A stretch of DNA of 64,000 nucleotides from Aulosira sp. ZfuVER01 (GTDB lineage: Bacteria > Cyanobacteriota > Cyanobacteriia > Cyanobacteriales > Nostocaceae), in assembly GCA_034530615.2 (NCBI GenBank), contig JAVRCV020000032.1:128001-192000 (forward strand). Direction: 5' to 3'. Below the pieces are notes generated by a model that searched no databases, was not told where the DNA came from, and was given only the letters and a program-made list of their open reading frames with translations. Below are positions 33,547-44,997 of the stretch, piece after piece; position 1 is the first letter of the stretch, and each line of letters begins with the position of its first letter. A program made the position numbers and the translations under genes.

Positions 33547-34326
33547 TTAGATAACTAATGCACGTTTATTTAATTGCAGTTCAATGCGATCGCCTGGTAA
33601 TGGTTCAATTACTTGTGTGGTAAGATTGTTTTTTGCTAGCGACGCACGAAATTCCTCAACACTACCTACAGCCTTGAGAAATTTATTAATCAATCCTTCA
33701 AATATGACATCTCCTCCTGCTGCTGTAGGCAGCATTACCTGCGGTTGTAACCACTTTGCAACTTCTAAAGCACTGTTTGTTCCCTTAATAATTGGCCCCA
33801 CTAAGGGTAGTGCTAAGTCAATCAAAGGCGTAATTACCACATCAACTGGTGCAGCTTGCTTCATCTGAGAAGAATGAGTTCCGTGAGGCTCGTAGTAAAG
33901 GGTTAAACCACTCTCCAACTCTTTTAAGAGATAACCATTTTCTACTAAATTCGGACCAATCAGGGAACCAGGAGTAGCTTTGATTTCTATTTGATGATTG
34001 AATGTGAAAGTTTCACCGTGAGTAAGGACTGTAACAGAGGTGTAACCCAACTTCTGCACTACTTTTGCTGCATTCGGAGAAGCCACAACTGGAATTTGGC
34101 GATCAAGCTGCTCAAGTGTTGGTGGGTGAGCATGGTCTTCCAAACCCTGAGACAGCAGAATCAAATCAATATTGTCTGGTATTGGTCGTTCTTGCAGTCG
34201 CGTACCTTTAAATAGCCAATCCAAATTACTGAAGGTTAACGAACCCACTAGCCAAGGATCAAGTAGTATTCGGTTGCCACCAATTTCAATCAGCCAACTA
34301 TTGCTGTCTAACCAAGTTAAATGCAT
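33547..34326 (-). CDS. MBL-fold metallo-hydrolase
   Basis: ILLDPWL, SQGLEDHAH. Confidence 0.85.
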   Translation of the reverse strand: MHLTWLDSNSWLIEIGGNRILLDPWLVGSLTFSNLDWLFKGTRLQERPIPDNIDLILLSQGLEDHAHPPTLEQLDRQIPVVASPNAAKVVQKLGYTSVTVLTHGETFTFNHQIEIKATPGSLIGPNLVENGYLLKELESGLTLYYEPHGTHSSQMKQAAPVDVVITPLIDLALPLVGPIIKGTNSALEVAKWLQPQVMLPTAAGGDVIFEGLINKFLKAVGSVEEFRASLAKNNLTTQVIEPLPGDRIELQLNKRALVI

Positions 34327-34392
34327 AGCACAGTGAAGATAACACCTGCCTTATATTATGAATGGCTTTTCAATTCTTCACAAAGATGATTT

Positions 34393-35163
34393 TCAAAAAA
34401 ACAACTTAAACCTTGCTAGCTGGGCTTTAATCGCTCCTGTGAGGATTTTATTCAGTTCTTTACTATCTTGGAATTGGAGAATTTGCTGCTTGGGTAAATC
34501 AAAGGGAAATTCCCCTTCTAAGTCTGGGCGTTGCATTTGCGCTAGTAAAATTTGTTCCGATCGCTTACTTTGGATCGCATAGCCCATTTCAATACAGACA
34601 TTGGGACTAGGAATCAATTGGGCAGTGTCTTTACTAGCAATGCTAGCAATAGCTGTGGTGTCTGCAATAAACAATAAACTCTTGCGGATTTTTCGCAGAA
34701 TACCCACAGAAAGCCGTAGGGGGCCATTCCCCGGACGGAATGATTCTACTAATGTTAGGGGAAGGCGCGATCGCAAGTTCAAAGTTTCCAAACTTTTTTG
34801 CACCCCTTCTCGCAGAGCCTCACTCGCTGGGGCATACTCGGTTTGATAGCATAAAAAAATTGTTGGTTCTAATTGAGCTAAAATCGCCTGCTTGGTGAAA
34901 TAAATCTCATGGCTAATCAAGTCAATATTAGCTACGCAATAGCCACCACTACCTTCAATATAAAATTCAATATTTTCCCCTTCCAGATAGCGCCCAAACC
35001 AAGTTGATTTCTTTACTTCATCACTATCTTCTAAAAAGTCTGCTCTTAATCCCGATCTCAGCAGGCTTTTTTTACTCAGACGAATGTCTGGTGGACGCTT
35101 TTCCAGTTCAGGAATCGGCTCATAATCTTGAATGTACCATGCTCTGAGCGCAATAATTGACAT
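34393..35163 (-). CDS. Conserved hypothetical protein with TIR/nucleoside-deoxyribosyltransferase-like C-terminal region
   Basis: FIADTT...PNVCIEMGYA...FPFD. Confidence 0.6.
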   Translation of the reverse strand: MSIIALRAWYIQDYEPIPELEKRPPDIRLSKKSLLRSGLRADFLEDSDEVKKSTWFGRYLEGENIEFYIEGSGGYCVANIDLISHEIYFTKQAILAQLEPTIFLCYQTEYAPASEALREGVQKSLETLNLRSRLPLTLVESFRPGNGPLRLSVGILRKIRKSLLFIADTTAIASIASKDTAQLIPSPNVCIEMGYAIQSKRSEQILLAQMQRPDLEGEFPFDLPKQQILQFQDSKELNKILTGAIKAQLARFKLFF

Positions 35164-35895
35164 AAGGCGCTATTTCAACTGTCTTTTGCTATTTAACTTC
35201 GTACAAGCTTATACCAATTTTGCTTCAGGTAGTCAAAAGTTCATAGTCCAAAGTCAAGCGATTTTAGATTTTGGATTGACCCCGACACCAGGATACGGGG
35301 CTTGAGGATTTTGGATTTGTTTCACCCACAAGAGGTGAGGCATGAACCGAAAAAATCTAAAATCGGCAATCTAAAATTGGCACGGTCAAGAGTCCAAGAA
35401 CTATTGACTATTGACTCTTGACCCCACACAGCGAAGCGAAGTGAGTGAAGTGAGTATTAAACAAAACAACACCCAAGCATTTACTCCCTGAAGACTTTCC
35501 TCTGATTGTTTATCCTAGCCAGGGATGTACTAAATTTCATCACTTAAGCAATAAAGCAATGAAAACCAGTTACAGCGCCCCCTGATGTTTACTATTTGAG
35601 GAAATATCAGTTTTCGCGTTGGGTGTTGCTGTTTTTTTGGCGAGACAGACGTAAAATCAAACAGCGTATACCTCTTATTAAATTTCCAATGCAGCTGTTA
35701 TATCTGCCAGGGAAGCTTATTAGCTTCAACTATTAGATTAGCACCCGAGAATTTTTAGAGATTTTTTTGCTAATAAACTTTACTTTTTATATTAATAAAT
35801 AGTGACAAAATATGAAGTGATTGTTTGCAAACCCATCAAGTAATCTATTTCAAATGTTTAGCTTGCTGAGTCATTGCTCATTTATTACTTAAGTT

Positions 35896-38679
35896 TTAAA
35901 AATTAGTTTGAACCTCCCACCTCTGGGAGGTTGGAAGTAAAGAATTTATATATTGATTATTGACTTTACATTGGGGGTTCATGGCTATCTCCATCCAGAA
36001 CTCTGTACCCTTACCAACTTCTGAGATACACTCAATCACTCCGCCATGCTTTTCCACGATAATTTGGTAGCTGATAGCTAGACCTAGTCCTGTACCTTTG
36101 CCTACAGGCTTGGTTGTGAAAAATGGGTCAAAAATCCGCCTTTTCACATCTTCTGCCATTCCTGGCCCATTATCGGCCATGCGAATCAGTACAAAAGAGT
36201 TATCTGCTGAAACTCTAGTTGAAATACAGATTGAAGGGATAAAGGATTGATTATTGTGTGCGTGCATTTCCAAAGCATCAAGAGCATTGCTGAGAATATT
36301 CATGAATACTTGGTTCATTTGACCGGCATAACATCTGACTAACGGTAAGTCACCATAGTCTTTAACTACCTTCACACCAGGGAAATTGACAGTGGATTTC
36401 AGGCGATGTTGCAAAATTAGTAAAGTATTATCAATACCTTCGTGTAAGTCAACAGGCTTATGTTCTGCCTCATCCAAACGAGAAAAATTGCGTAAAGATT
36501 GTACTATTGAGCAAATCCGATCGGCTCCTACTTGCATAGAAGAGATGATTTTTGGTAAGTCTTCTGACACAAAGTCCACATCAATCGCTTTTTCTAAGGA
36601 GCGAATTTCTTGATCTGGTTCGGAATAATGCGACTGGTAGAGGCGTAAAAGTTGTAGAAGTTGTTGGGTGTAGTCATTGGCGTAAGATAGATTACCGTAG
36701 ATAAAGTTAACAGGGTTGTTAATTTCGTGTGCTATCCCTGCAACTAACTGTCCCAAACTAGACATTTTTTCGTTCTGAATCAATTGTGTCTGTGTTTGTC
36801 GCAGTTCATTTAAGGTACGCTCTAACTGTTGAGCTTTAGCCTTGGCCTGATTTTCCGCAGTATGGCTTTGTTCGTAGAGTTGTGCCTGCTGAATAGCGAT
36901 CGCAGCCTGGTCTCCTAACTGTAGCATTAACTCCATTTCCGCATCTTGCCAATTTCGCGGACCACTACATTGATGGGCAATTAGTAATCCCCATAGTTGC
37001 GTACCCATTTTAATGGGAATAATTAAATTGGCTTTTACTTGCATACTCTGCAAGAACTCTCGATGACAATCACTCAAAGTAGCTGTGGACACATCATTCA
37101 TTGCCCCCACTCTTCCATGAATGTAAAGACTAGCATACTCATCAGGAAAGCATCCCGGTGGTGCTTTGATTCCCAAAACTGATGGATAGTTGCCATTGAT
37201 CTCTTCTACAATTACCTGACCATCAAACTCACTGAATATTTGGTAAATTAACACCCGGTCAGAATTGAGTAGAGGGCGGACTTCCTGCACAATAGTTTGC
37301 AGAGTAATTTTTAAGTCTAATGTACTGCGTATTTGCTCAGTGATTTGCTTGATGACCTTGGTAAACAGTAATGATTTTTCCAGTTCACCAGTTTGCTCCT
37401 GCACTCGCTGTTCTAGGCTAGTATTCAGTACTTGCACCTGTTGATACATTTGCTGTTGCTGAATTGCCATTGCGAAATGATAGCCCAAGGCTTGTCCGAG
37501 AAAAATATCTTCAAGTTTCCATTCAGGTGCTTGTCCCTTTTTTTGCTCTCGCCATACTTCAAAAGAAAGCTGAGGTAGCCTTTGTCTCTGGTTTTGCTCG
37601 CAGCGTCCAGCCCATAAGATTTCGGTATCAAACTCCGGACGAAAAATGCTGAATACACCGAGAAAACTTTTGCGGTAATATAGGGGAATTACTAAAATTC
37701 CCCGAATCTTAGTAGGTTGAAACCCCACTGCTAAAACTCGCAAATGCGCTTCTTTATAAAGGTCTGGAATTGCTAAAACTTGACCTTGTTTGCACTCAGC
37801 CATCCAGTTTTGCCACACGGGATGCTGTTCAATGACAATATTTTGTGACTCGTAGGGTAATTGTGGTTGTTCGCCCCAAGTATAAAGTTCTCCACTCTGC
37901 TCAATATAAAGTCTGCCGCCTACACCACCAAAAGCGGCAATAGTGGATTCTAAAGCGGTTTGGAATTGGATTGTCGGCAGTTGATTTAACAGGATGGCAA
38001 TTTGGTTAATCAGGGCTTGTTGTTGTCGCTGAGAACGAGCTTCCGAGAGGAGATTGCTTTGCGCGATCGCAATTTCTACCTGATCGGCAACTTGTTGCAA
38101 TAATTTCAATTCCCACGGCAAAATACTTCGTGGTTGACTGTGGTGCGATACTAACAATCCCCACAGTTGAGGCTTTGCTGATTGCTCTTGAGGGTCGCGA
38201 TGTAAAATTGGCACTACCAGGGAAGACTGTACGCCCAATGCCGTTAAGTATTGAATATGACATGGGTCTACCTGTCTATAGTACGTGTCATCCGTTTGTA
38301 GGAGCTGACCAGTTTCTAGTGAATATAGGGGCGATAACCTAATCTTGCCATTAGCTACATCCACAATTGCCCTTTGTCGGGTTTTGAGTAACATCTCTCT
38401 TGACTGCTGGGGGATATCATTTGCTGGAAAGTGCAACCCCAACAGAGATGACAAACGCTGCTCTTGAATAGACTCGGCAATCACTTCACCGTTATCATCA
38501 GTATCAAACCGATAGACCATCACTCGGTCTGTACCCAAAAATGACCGAACCTGGGCAACAGTAGCTGCTAATATTTCTGGAAGTTCAAGCGATCGCCTAA
38601 TCTGGTTAGTCATTCTGTGGAGTAAACCTTCAGGGTCAAAGGCTTGCTGCCACCCACTTGGTTGATCGATAAATGCCAT
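35896..38679 (-). CDS. aphC: Knotless phytochrome / cyanobacteriochrome histidine kinase (AphC-like)
   Basis: GAF1 FPANDIP..DPCH, GAF2 with LPQLSF tongue, GAF3 GCF..SDCH, HEINNP kinase. Confidence 0.75.
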   Translation of the reverse strand: MAFIDQPSGWQQAFDPEGLLHRMTNQIRRSLELPEILAATVAQVRSFLGTDRVMVYRFDTDDNGEVIAESIQEQRLSSLLGLHFPANDIPQQSREMLLKTRQRAIVDVANGKIRLSPLYSLETGQLLQTDDTYYRQVDPCHIQYLTALGVQSSLVVPILHRDPQEQSAKPQLWGLLVSHHSQPRSILPWELKLLQQVADQVEIAIAQSNLLSEARSQRQQQALINQIAILLNQLPTIQFQTALESTIAAFGGVGGRLYIEQSGELYTWGEQPQLPYESQNIVIEQHPVWQNWMAECKQGQVLAIPDLYKEAHLRVLAVGFQPTKIRGILVIPLYYRKSFLGVFSIFRPEFDTEILWAGRCEQNQRQRLPQLSFEVWREQKKGQAPEWKLEDIFLGQALGYHFAMAIQQQQMYQQVQVLNTSLEQRVQEQTGELEKSLLFTKVIKQITEQIRSTLDLKITLQTIVQEVRPLLNSDRVLIYQIFSEFDGQVIVEEINGNYPSVLGIKAPPGCFPDEYASLYIHGRVGAMNDVSTATLSDCHREFLQSMQVKANLIIPIKMGTQLWGLLIAHQCSGPRNWQDAEMELMLQLGDQAAIAIQQAQLYEQSHTAENQAKAKAQQLERTLNELRQTQTQLIQNEKMSSLGQLVAGIAHEINNPVNFIYGNLSYANDYTQQLLQLLRLYQSHYSEPDQEIRSLEKAIDVDFVSEDLPKIISSMQVGADRICSIVQSLRNFSRLDEAEHKPVDLHEGIDNTLLILQHRLKSTVNFPGVKVVKDYGDLPLVRCYAGQMNQVFMNILSNALDALEMHAHNNQSFIPSICISTRVSADNSFVLIRMADNGPGMAEDVKRRIFDPFFTTKPVGKGTGLGLAISYQIIVEKHGGVIECISEVGKGTEFWMEIAMNPQCKVNNQYINSLLPTSQRWEVQTNF

Positions 38680-39170
38680 TAGTTATATACACTTAAGTAA
38701 TGTATAAAAAAGAATCTTCAACTTTCCCTTAATTAAAGTTTGTTCGCTGAATTTGATTTAACCTCTCTCCAAAAATTTCTTCTTGCCAGAGAAATCTTTA
38801 TAACCTTGACTTGGCCTTTGTCTTCTCTCTTTGTCGAAGGAGTAAGGCTATATATAACAGGTCTATCAAACTCATACTTACCAGAACTTTCTACGGAAAA
38901 CTTTGAAGTTTCAACGTGAAATGCTTAAGAAAAAGTTAATTATTAAACAATTAATTTTATAACCTTAAATCTTGAGATGTATACGGTAATATTATGCAAA
39001 TTCAAAAAATTGAAGCAATTTTCTATAATTAGTATATAAAATCACAACTTACTGATATTTATCTTCAAAAAAATAATTAAATATCACGAACACTATAGAG
39101 CGGAAGCCTAGTGAAACAGGGGAATGTAGTTATTCCCCTTTGGCTATGAATGTCCAAGCTTACAATGTAA

Positions 39171-39656
39171 TTAATATTGCAAGTATTTTTCGGGAATTGC
39201 TGTTATAGATACTAACTTGCGGATTTCTTCACGTACACTCATAAGAACTTTACCAAGATGGTTTTGACCAGTTTTATTTGCACCACAGCCCCAAAAATAA
39301 TCTCTTGGGGAATTTTCTACTAAAGTTTCATTGCCTGTAGACAGAAGAATATCTTGAATCTCAGCATGAGTGAGAAACTTTTTGAGTACAGCTTCTCGCA
39401 TCACCTGAGTTTTGACTAGTTCCCAATCCGCGCGGATTTGGCGGGTACTACAGCGTCCTAAAGCAGCAGCTTCTTCTGGTGTTTGGGCATTATGGATCGC
39501 GGGTATAATTACCGCATCTATACTGCCAACAAACTTTTGTGCTTGATAATAATGTTCAACGGTTGGCCAGTAAGTACCCTGGATTTGAATTCCGTGAGGA
39601 GAAAAGTTAGAAAAACAGCCATAAGGCTGCCAAACCTTATAAAAGTAAATAGTCAT
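39171..39656 (-). CDS. NADAR (YbiA-like) family protein
   Basis: FSNF, TVEHYYQAQKF, D.FWG, GQNHLGKVLM.VRE. Confidence 0.92.
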   Translation of the reverse strand: MTIYFYKVWQPYGCFSNFSPHGIQIQGTYWPTVEHYYQAQKFVGSIDAVIIPAIHNAQTPEEAAALGRCSTRQIRADWELVKTQVMREAVLKKFLTHAEIQDILLSTGNETLVENSPRDYFWGCGANKTGQNHLGKVLMSVREEIRKLVSITAIPEKYLQY

Positions 39657-39837
39657 TTGAAAATTGCTCTTGAATATCAACTTATATCATGCCTGTATAT
39701 GGTAATTAGCGTCTTCAAGGACTCCCTAGAAGAAAATTGTCCACTTTAAATGAAACGCTAGCATTTGCCTCAAGACAGAAGATATCGCTTGCTAAAAAAT
39801 TCTATGGTGGTAAAAATGCCTGTCTATGAGGTTGAAT

Positions 39838-40320
39838 ATGGAGGCTAAGAGTGAGAGCATTAACCGACCTACACCGCTGATTACTGCGGGAATTTTCCTT
39901 GGTTTAGGTCTAGGAGGGTTTATCGATGGCATTGTGCTACATCAGATTCTCCAATGGCATCATATGTTAAGTAATGTTAGACCCCTAACCAACACCTCAA
40001 ATATAGATTTGAACATGGTATGGGACGGGTTATTTCATGCTTTAGATTGGGTACTGACTGTGGTGGGAGTAGCCTTGTTATGGCGGGCTGGCGGGCGTGA
40101 TGATGTTCCTTGGTCATCACAAACTTTTATCGGGTCTATACTTTTCGGCTTTGGATTGTTCAACGTAGTTGAAGGGCTAATAGATCACCAAATTCTTGGT
40201 ATTCACCATGTGAAACCCGGGCCAAATCAGTTAGTTTGGGATTTGGGATTTCTCCTCTTTGGTACGCTACTTGTTGTCGTTGGTTGGCTCATGATAAAAA
40301 GTAGCAAATTTACAAAATAG
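39838..40320 (+). CDS. DUF2243 membrane protein
   Basis: DGIVLHQILQWHHM, DGLFH, DHQILGIHHV. Confidence 0.9.
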   Translation: MEAKSESINRPTPLITAGIFLGLGLGGFIDGIVLHQILQWHHMLSNVRPLTNTSNIDLNMVWDGLFHALDWVLTVVGVALLWRAGGRDDVPWSSQTFIGSILFGFGLFNVVEGLIDHQILGIHHVKPGPNQLVWDLGFLLFGTLLVVVGWLMIKSSKFTK

Positions 40321-40417
40321 TCAAGGGTCAATAGGCAATAAATAGTAAAAAGACAATTGTTATTTCTTCCCCTGCTTCCTTGTCTCCTTTGTCTCCCTTA
40401 CCTTCCTATCATCTTCT

Positions 40418-41026
40418 ATGTCCACAGACACTTTTGAAAAAACAAGCTGGGATTGGCAGCTTTCTCAGTTACAACAACAAGTTGGAGAATGGATAGAGTA
40501 TCAGTTTTCTCGCTTAGAATCAGCGTTACCAGGATTACCGCCCGGTTGGTCAATAAGTCCTTGGTTAAGTGAGTTATTGAAGTTGCTGTTTTGGCTTGTA
40601 ATCGGTCTATTCGTGGTTTGGTTGGTTTGGCTATTATGGCGAGAATTCAGCCCTTATGTGTATTCTTGGTTGACTGGGAGAAACAATCAGACTGCGGCGG
40701 GCACAACAATCACCACCAGTGAGTTATCCGTTAGTGTGTGGTTAGCGCGATCGCAAGAATTTTACTATCAGGGTAATTACAGAGAAGCTTGTCGTTGTTT
40801 ATATCATGCAATATTGCAGCAATTGCATGATACTAGCGTTGTTCGCCACCAACCCAGCCGCACTGATGGTGAATATCTGCAAGTGCTACGTTCTTCTGTA
40901 ACGCCCATCCATCCCTATGAAACCTTAATTACTACTCACGAACAATTATGTTTTGGCGATGTTGAAATTCTGCCGGAAAATTATGAGAATTGCCAGCAGG
41001 CGTATCGGGAGATTGCGGGGGAGTAG
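40418..41026 (+). CDS. DUF4129 protein
   Basis: GNYREACRCLY, SRTDGEY. Confidence 0.8.
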   Translation: MSTDTFEKTSWDWQLSQLQQQVGEWIEYQFSRLESALPGLPPGWSISPWLSELLKLLFWLVIGLFVVWLVWLLWREFSPYVYSWLTGRNNQTAAGTTITTSELSVSVWLARSQEFYYQGNYREACRCLYHAILQQLHDTSVVRHQPSRTDGEYLQVLRSSVTPIHPYETLITTHEQLCFGDVEILPENYENCQQAYREIAGE

Positions 41027-41152
41027 GGTTGGGGAGTGGAGATGAGGGGGACAAGGAAACAGAGGAGAAATAACAAATGACAAATGACCTTTACTTGGTA
41101 CGTCTTATAGCCGTACAGTAAAAGATAGAGAGCAAAAAAAGAGTCACTTATT

Positions 41153-41470
41153 ATGCCCAATAGGCAGAATTCGGAAAGAACAGAACAAAGACGCAGCAAA
41201 CCGGAGCGTCTAGAAGCACGCCTGACTAGCGAGCAAAAGGAATTTTTGCAGCGGGCGGCAGATTTGGAAGGCAGAACTCTCACCGATTTTGTGGTAAGTC
41301 ATGCTCAAGAAGCCGCATTACGAACGATTGAAGAACACACCATCATCAAACTTAGTCGGGAAGATAGTCTGGCGTTTATCAATTCTCTCCTCAATCCTCC
41401 TGAAATTCAGCCTGATGAACCACTGGCGCGGGCTATACGTCGTTATAAGGAAAGTATGGGGCTAACGTGA
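41153..41470 (+). CDS. DUF1778 (TacA/AtaR-like) antitoxin
   Basis: RLEARL...AADLEGRTLTDFV..A. Confidence 0.9.
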   Translation: MPNRQNSERTEQRRSKPERLEARLTSEQKEFLQRAADLEGRTLTDFVVSHAQEAALRTIEEHTIIKLSREDSLAFINSLLNPPEIQPDEPLARAIRRYKESMGLT

Positions 41471-41988
41471 ATATCCCGGCTTTCGCGTATACCATTGAGT
41501 TGCTGAACTCCCAGCATAATCGGGTAGATTTCCAATGTGGAATCGAAGCCCTCAATCGTTATTTACGAGAAAAGGCAAGTCAGGATTTGCGGCGTTATGT
41601 AGCAACACCTTTTGTGCTGTATGATGTGGACGCAGACCGGATAGCAGGCTACTACACACTGGCAGCCACATCGATTCAAGTAGAAGACTTGCCAACAGCA
41701 ATACGAGCGAGGCTGCCAAAGTATCCGCTTGTGCCAGCAACATTGCTAGGTAGGCTTGCTATTGATGAACGCTATCAGGGGCAAGGGTTAGGGGCATTCT
41801 TGCTTGTAGATGCGCTGCGGCGCAGCCTGATGAGTGAAATCGTATCAATGGCGGTAGTAGTAGATGCAAAAGATGATCGGGCACGGGCTTTTTATGAACA
41901 TCATGGATTTGCCCCGCTTCCTGGGCAGCTGCGACGGCTGTACCTGCCGATGGCGATTGTTGCCCAACAGTTCAGTTCGGACGCATAA
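41467..41988 (+). CDS. GNAT acetyltransferase toxin (TacT/AtaT-like)
   Basis: F.CG..ALN.YL, LLGRLAID..YQGQGLG, VDAKD..A.AFY..HGF. Confidence 0.9.
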   Translation: MNIPAFAYTIELLNSQHNRVDFQCGIEALNRYLREKASQDLRRYVATPFVLYDVDADRIAGYYTLAATSIQVEDLPTAIRARLPKYPLVPATLLGRLAIDERYQGQGLGAFLLVDALRRSLMSEIVSMAVVVDAKDDRARAFYEHHGFAPLPGQLRRLYLPMAIVAQQFSSDA

Positions 41989-42063
41989 GTAATCTTGGCT
42001 AGCAGTCCTTTACTGGATTACTATCTACAATATCCATAAATTCAGTATAAAGCTGTACATTAA

Positions 42064-43152
42064 ATGAAGCGCTCAAACCGCTTGGCTTGGCTGGGAGCGA
42101 TCGCCCTGGCAGTCATAATTTTAGTAAGCTTGATAGCTGCTCCCAGGAACAGCACAATCAATAGTGGTTCCACTTATAATCGTGCTGCCGATGGCTATGG
42201 TGCTTGGTATGCTTTTATGCAAGAGCAGGGAACTTCAATCAATCGCTGGCAAAAACCTTGGGATGATATCAAGGCACAGAAAAGCCCAGTTACCTTACTA
42301 CAGGTAAACAGCAATCTCAATCCACCAATCGTCAATTCGGAGAAACGTGCATGGCTAGAAAAAGGTAATACCTTGGTAATTTTAGGTGTGCGTTACCAAA
42401 CAACAGCAGCAGACTTTCACACCATGCAAAAATCGCCCTTTGGCGATGTTAAAATTGCTACAACTAGACGGCATCAAAAAGCAGGTAAAGCAGAAATTTC
42501 TTTAGGCGATCGCTTCGGTGCTGTGGTTTGGCAACAAAATTATGGCAAAGGAAAAGTTATTTTTTCCACAACTCCCTATTTAGCAGCTAATGCTTATCAA
42601 GATTATTTAAGTAATTTTAAATTTCTTGCAGATTTAGTAAGTAAACAAAATAACGCCATTTTTGTTGATGAATATATTCATGGCTATAAAGATGCTGATG
42701 TGCGAAAACAAGAAGGTAAAGACGACTTATTTAGTTATTTTGCTAATCAACCCTTGATTGTGGCTTTATTGCAGGCAGGTATATTACTAATAGTCCTAAT
42801 TTGGGCACAAAATCGACGCTTTGGTAAGCCAGTACCTTTAGAAACACCAGTTTTAGATAATAGTGAAGCATATATCCAAGCTTTAGCAGGAGTCTTACAA
42901 AAAGCTGAATCCACCGATTTTGTTGTGGAAATGGTGGGTAAAGAAGAACAACTACAACTACAAAAGGCTTTAGGGTTAGGTGAAATTTTACTAGAACCCC
43001 AAGCTTTGATTGATATCTGGGTTGAGAAAACAGGTAGTAATTCTGTTGAACTAGCTACGCTTTTAAAGCGGCGATCGCAAAAACGCCCCATGCGCGAACG
43101 AGAACTATTAAGCTGGTTGGGACAATGGCGAACTATAAAAAATAATTACTAA
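42064..43152 (+). CDS. DUF4350 protein
   Basis: GSTY....DGYGAW, DEYIHG, RFG.P. Confidence 0.8.
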   Translation: MKRSNRLAWLGAIALAVIILVSLIAAPRNSTINSGSTYNRAADGYGAWYAFMQEQGTSINRWQKPWDDIKAQKSPVTLLQVNSNLNPPIVNSEKRAWLEKGNTLVILGVRYQTTAADFHTMQKSPFGDVKIATTRRHQKAGKAEISLGDRFGAVVWQQNYGKGKVIFSTTPYLAANAYQDYLSNFKFLADLVSKQNNAIFVDEYIHGYKDADVRKQEGKDDLFSYFANQPLIVALLQAGILLIVLIWAQNRRFGKPVPLETPVLDNSEAYIQALAGVLQKAESTDFVVEMVGKEEQLQLQKALGLGEILLEPQALIDIWVEKTGSNSVELATLLKRRSQKRPMRERELLSWLGQWRTIKNNY

Positions 43153-43369
43153 TTCGTAATTCGTAATTCGTAATTTTTTTGTGGGTATCTTCTGAGCATG
43201 AGGGGTTATCCCCTAATGGGTGGTGAAGTTCCGATAATTTCATGATGAATTACAAATTGTTAATTAAAAATAATAATTTCTAGCGATCGCCTAAAATCAG
43301 GCAATAATTTCCACGGCTTTGGTCCCAAATTTTGAATATGTAAAATTTATAAGTATTTTGTAACCTTAT

Positions 43370-44320
43370 ATGAACGAAATTCACTCTATTTTAATTCACC
43401 TTGAACAAGGTCTTAACCAAATAATTGTCGGACAGTCCAACCTTATACAACAGCTAATAGTTGCACTGCTAGCAGGTGGGCACATCATTTTAGAAGGAGT
43501 ACCGGGAACTGGCAAAACACTTTTAGTAAAAGTATTGGCGCAGTTAATTCAAGCAGAGTTTCGCCGGATTCAATTAACACCAGATGTATTACCATCAGAT
43601 ATTACTGGTACAAATATTTTTGACTTAAATAGTCGTAGTTTTACTCTAAAAAAAGGCCCAGTTTTTACAGAAGTACTACTAGCAGATGAAATTAACCGCA
43701 CTCCGCCTAAAACACAAGCGGCGCTGTTAGAAGCAATGGAAGAAATGCAAGTAACTCTAGATGGTGAAAGTTTGCCTTTGCCAGAATTATTTTGGGTAAT
43801 TGCTACACAAAACCCCCTAGAGTTTGAGGGAACTTATCCCTTACCAGAGGCGCAACTAGATAGGTTTTTATTCAAATTAGCCGTAGATTACCCCGATCGA
43901 GCTGCGGAAAAGCAAATGTTACTCAATCGTCAGGCTGGATTTGCGGCGCGACGTGGAGATATCGATCGTCTCAAACCCATAGCAACAGTCAACGAAATTT
44001 TGCAGGCGCGACAAGCTGTGAAAGAGGTGAAGGTATCTGAGGCAATTATTGATTATCTGCTAGCCTTGGTAAAAGCATCACGCCAACATCCCGAATTAGC
44101 TTTGGGTGCATCACCGCGTGCTGCTGGTGCTTGGTTGCAGACATCTCAAGCATCTGCGTGGTTAGAAGGAAGGAATTTTGTGACGCCAGATGATATCAAA
44201 GCCGTTGCATCGCCGTTGCTGCGTCATCGTCTGATTCTCAAACCAGAAGCTATGCTGGATGGTTTACAAATTGATGCCGTAATTGCGTCGGTAATAAATC
44301 AAGTTCCAGTTCCAAGATGA
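43370..44320 (+). CDS. MoxR family AAA ATPase
   Basis: GVPGTGKT, DEINR, ATQNP.E.EGTYPLPEAQLDRF. Confidence 0.95.
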   Translation: MNEIHSILIHLEQGLNQIIVGQSNLIQQLIVALLAGGHIILEGVPGTGKTLLVKVLAQLIQAEFRRIQLTPDVLPSDITGTNIFDLNSRSFTLKKGPVFTEVLLADEINRTPPKTQAALLEAMEEMQVTLDGESLPLPELFWVIATQNPLEFEGTYPLPEAQLDRFLFKLAVDYPDRAAEKQMLLNRQAGFAARRGDIDRLKPIATVNEILQARQAVKEVKVSEAIIDYLLALVKASRQHPELALGASPRAAGAWLQTSQASAWLEGRNFVTPDDIKAVASPLLRHRLILKPEAMLDGLQIDAVIASVINQVPVPR

Positions 44321-44997
44321 AGGGCCTTATGAATGAAGGAAAATCACAGAAGCGGCGTTATTTAATTTTGATTTCTGGAGCTACTCTTAGTATTTTGATT
44401 ATTTTAGCTCTTGTTTTAGCTGCTAGACAAAAAACTGCTCAAAATCAAGCTGTAGATCAATGTATTGCTTCACCTTTAGCAGTACATACGCCATTACGGA
44501 TACCATCACCTTCGCCATCACCTTTTTTAGGGAGTAATTACCCGGTAAATAAAGAAAATTTAGAACAGTTGAAACGCGATATTTGTAAAAATCTTATTGG
44601 CAAATATGAATCTTCCAGTAATCTAAATTGGTATTGGAATCTGCTCATATTGTTCGGAACTTTAATTACAACCCTAATTGTTTCAGTAATAGATGATGTC
44701 AAAACTAGAGCTTTTTTAGGAGGTTTTGCTGCTAGTTTAGTTTCTATTCGGGCTGTAATTCCAGTAGATCGATGGTCTACTTTTCATCAAAGTTTAGCTG
44801 CTGATGGTCGAGCCTTGCTCATTAGACTTAATTATAGCGTCACTGAACCTGCCGAATTTCAAGAGGTTGTTAGGCAATATGAAAAAGCAATTTTACGTGC
44901 GGGTGACGAATCACCTCTTGTTAGTCCTAGCTCAAATTTAAATGTTAGTCCGAACCCTTCAAATACTGAAGTAAATCCCCAGCCAAATGCGAAATAA
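44317..44997 (+). CDS. Hypothetical membrane protein
   Basis: N-terminal TM, Pro/Ser linker, two further TMs. Confidence 0.6.
   Translation: MKGLMNEGKSQKRRYLILISGATLSILIILALVLAARQKTAQNQAVDQCIASPLAVHTPLRIPSPSPSPFLGSNYPVNKENLEQLKRDICKNLIGKYESSSNLNWYWNLLILFGTLITTLIVSVIDDVKTRAFLGGFAASLVSIRAVIPVDRWSTFHQSLAADGRALLIRLNYSVTEPAEFQEVVRQYEKAILRAGDESPLVSPSSNLNVSPNPSNTEVNPQPNAK

Noticed and set aside
43150..43176. Heptamer tandem repeats (also ~31325, ~35260, ~61462)
   Set aside because: Ordinary STRR repeats of heterocystous cyanobacteria
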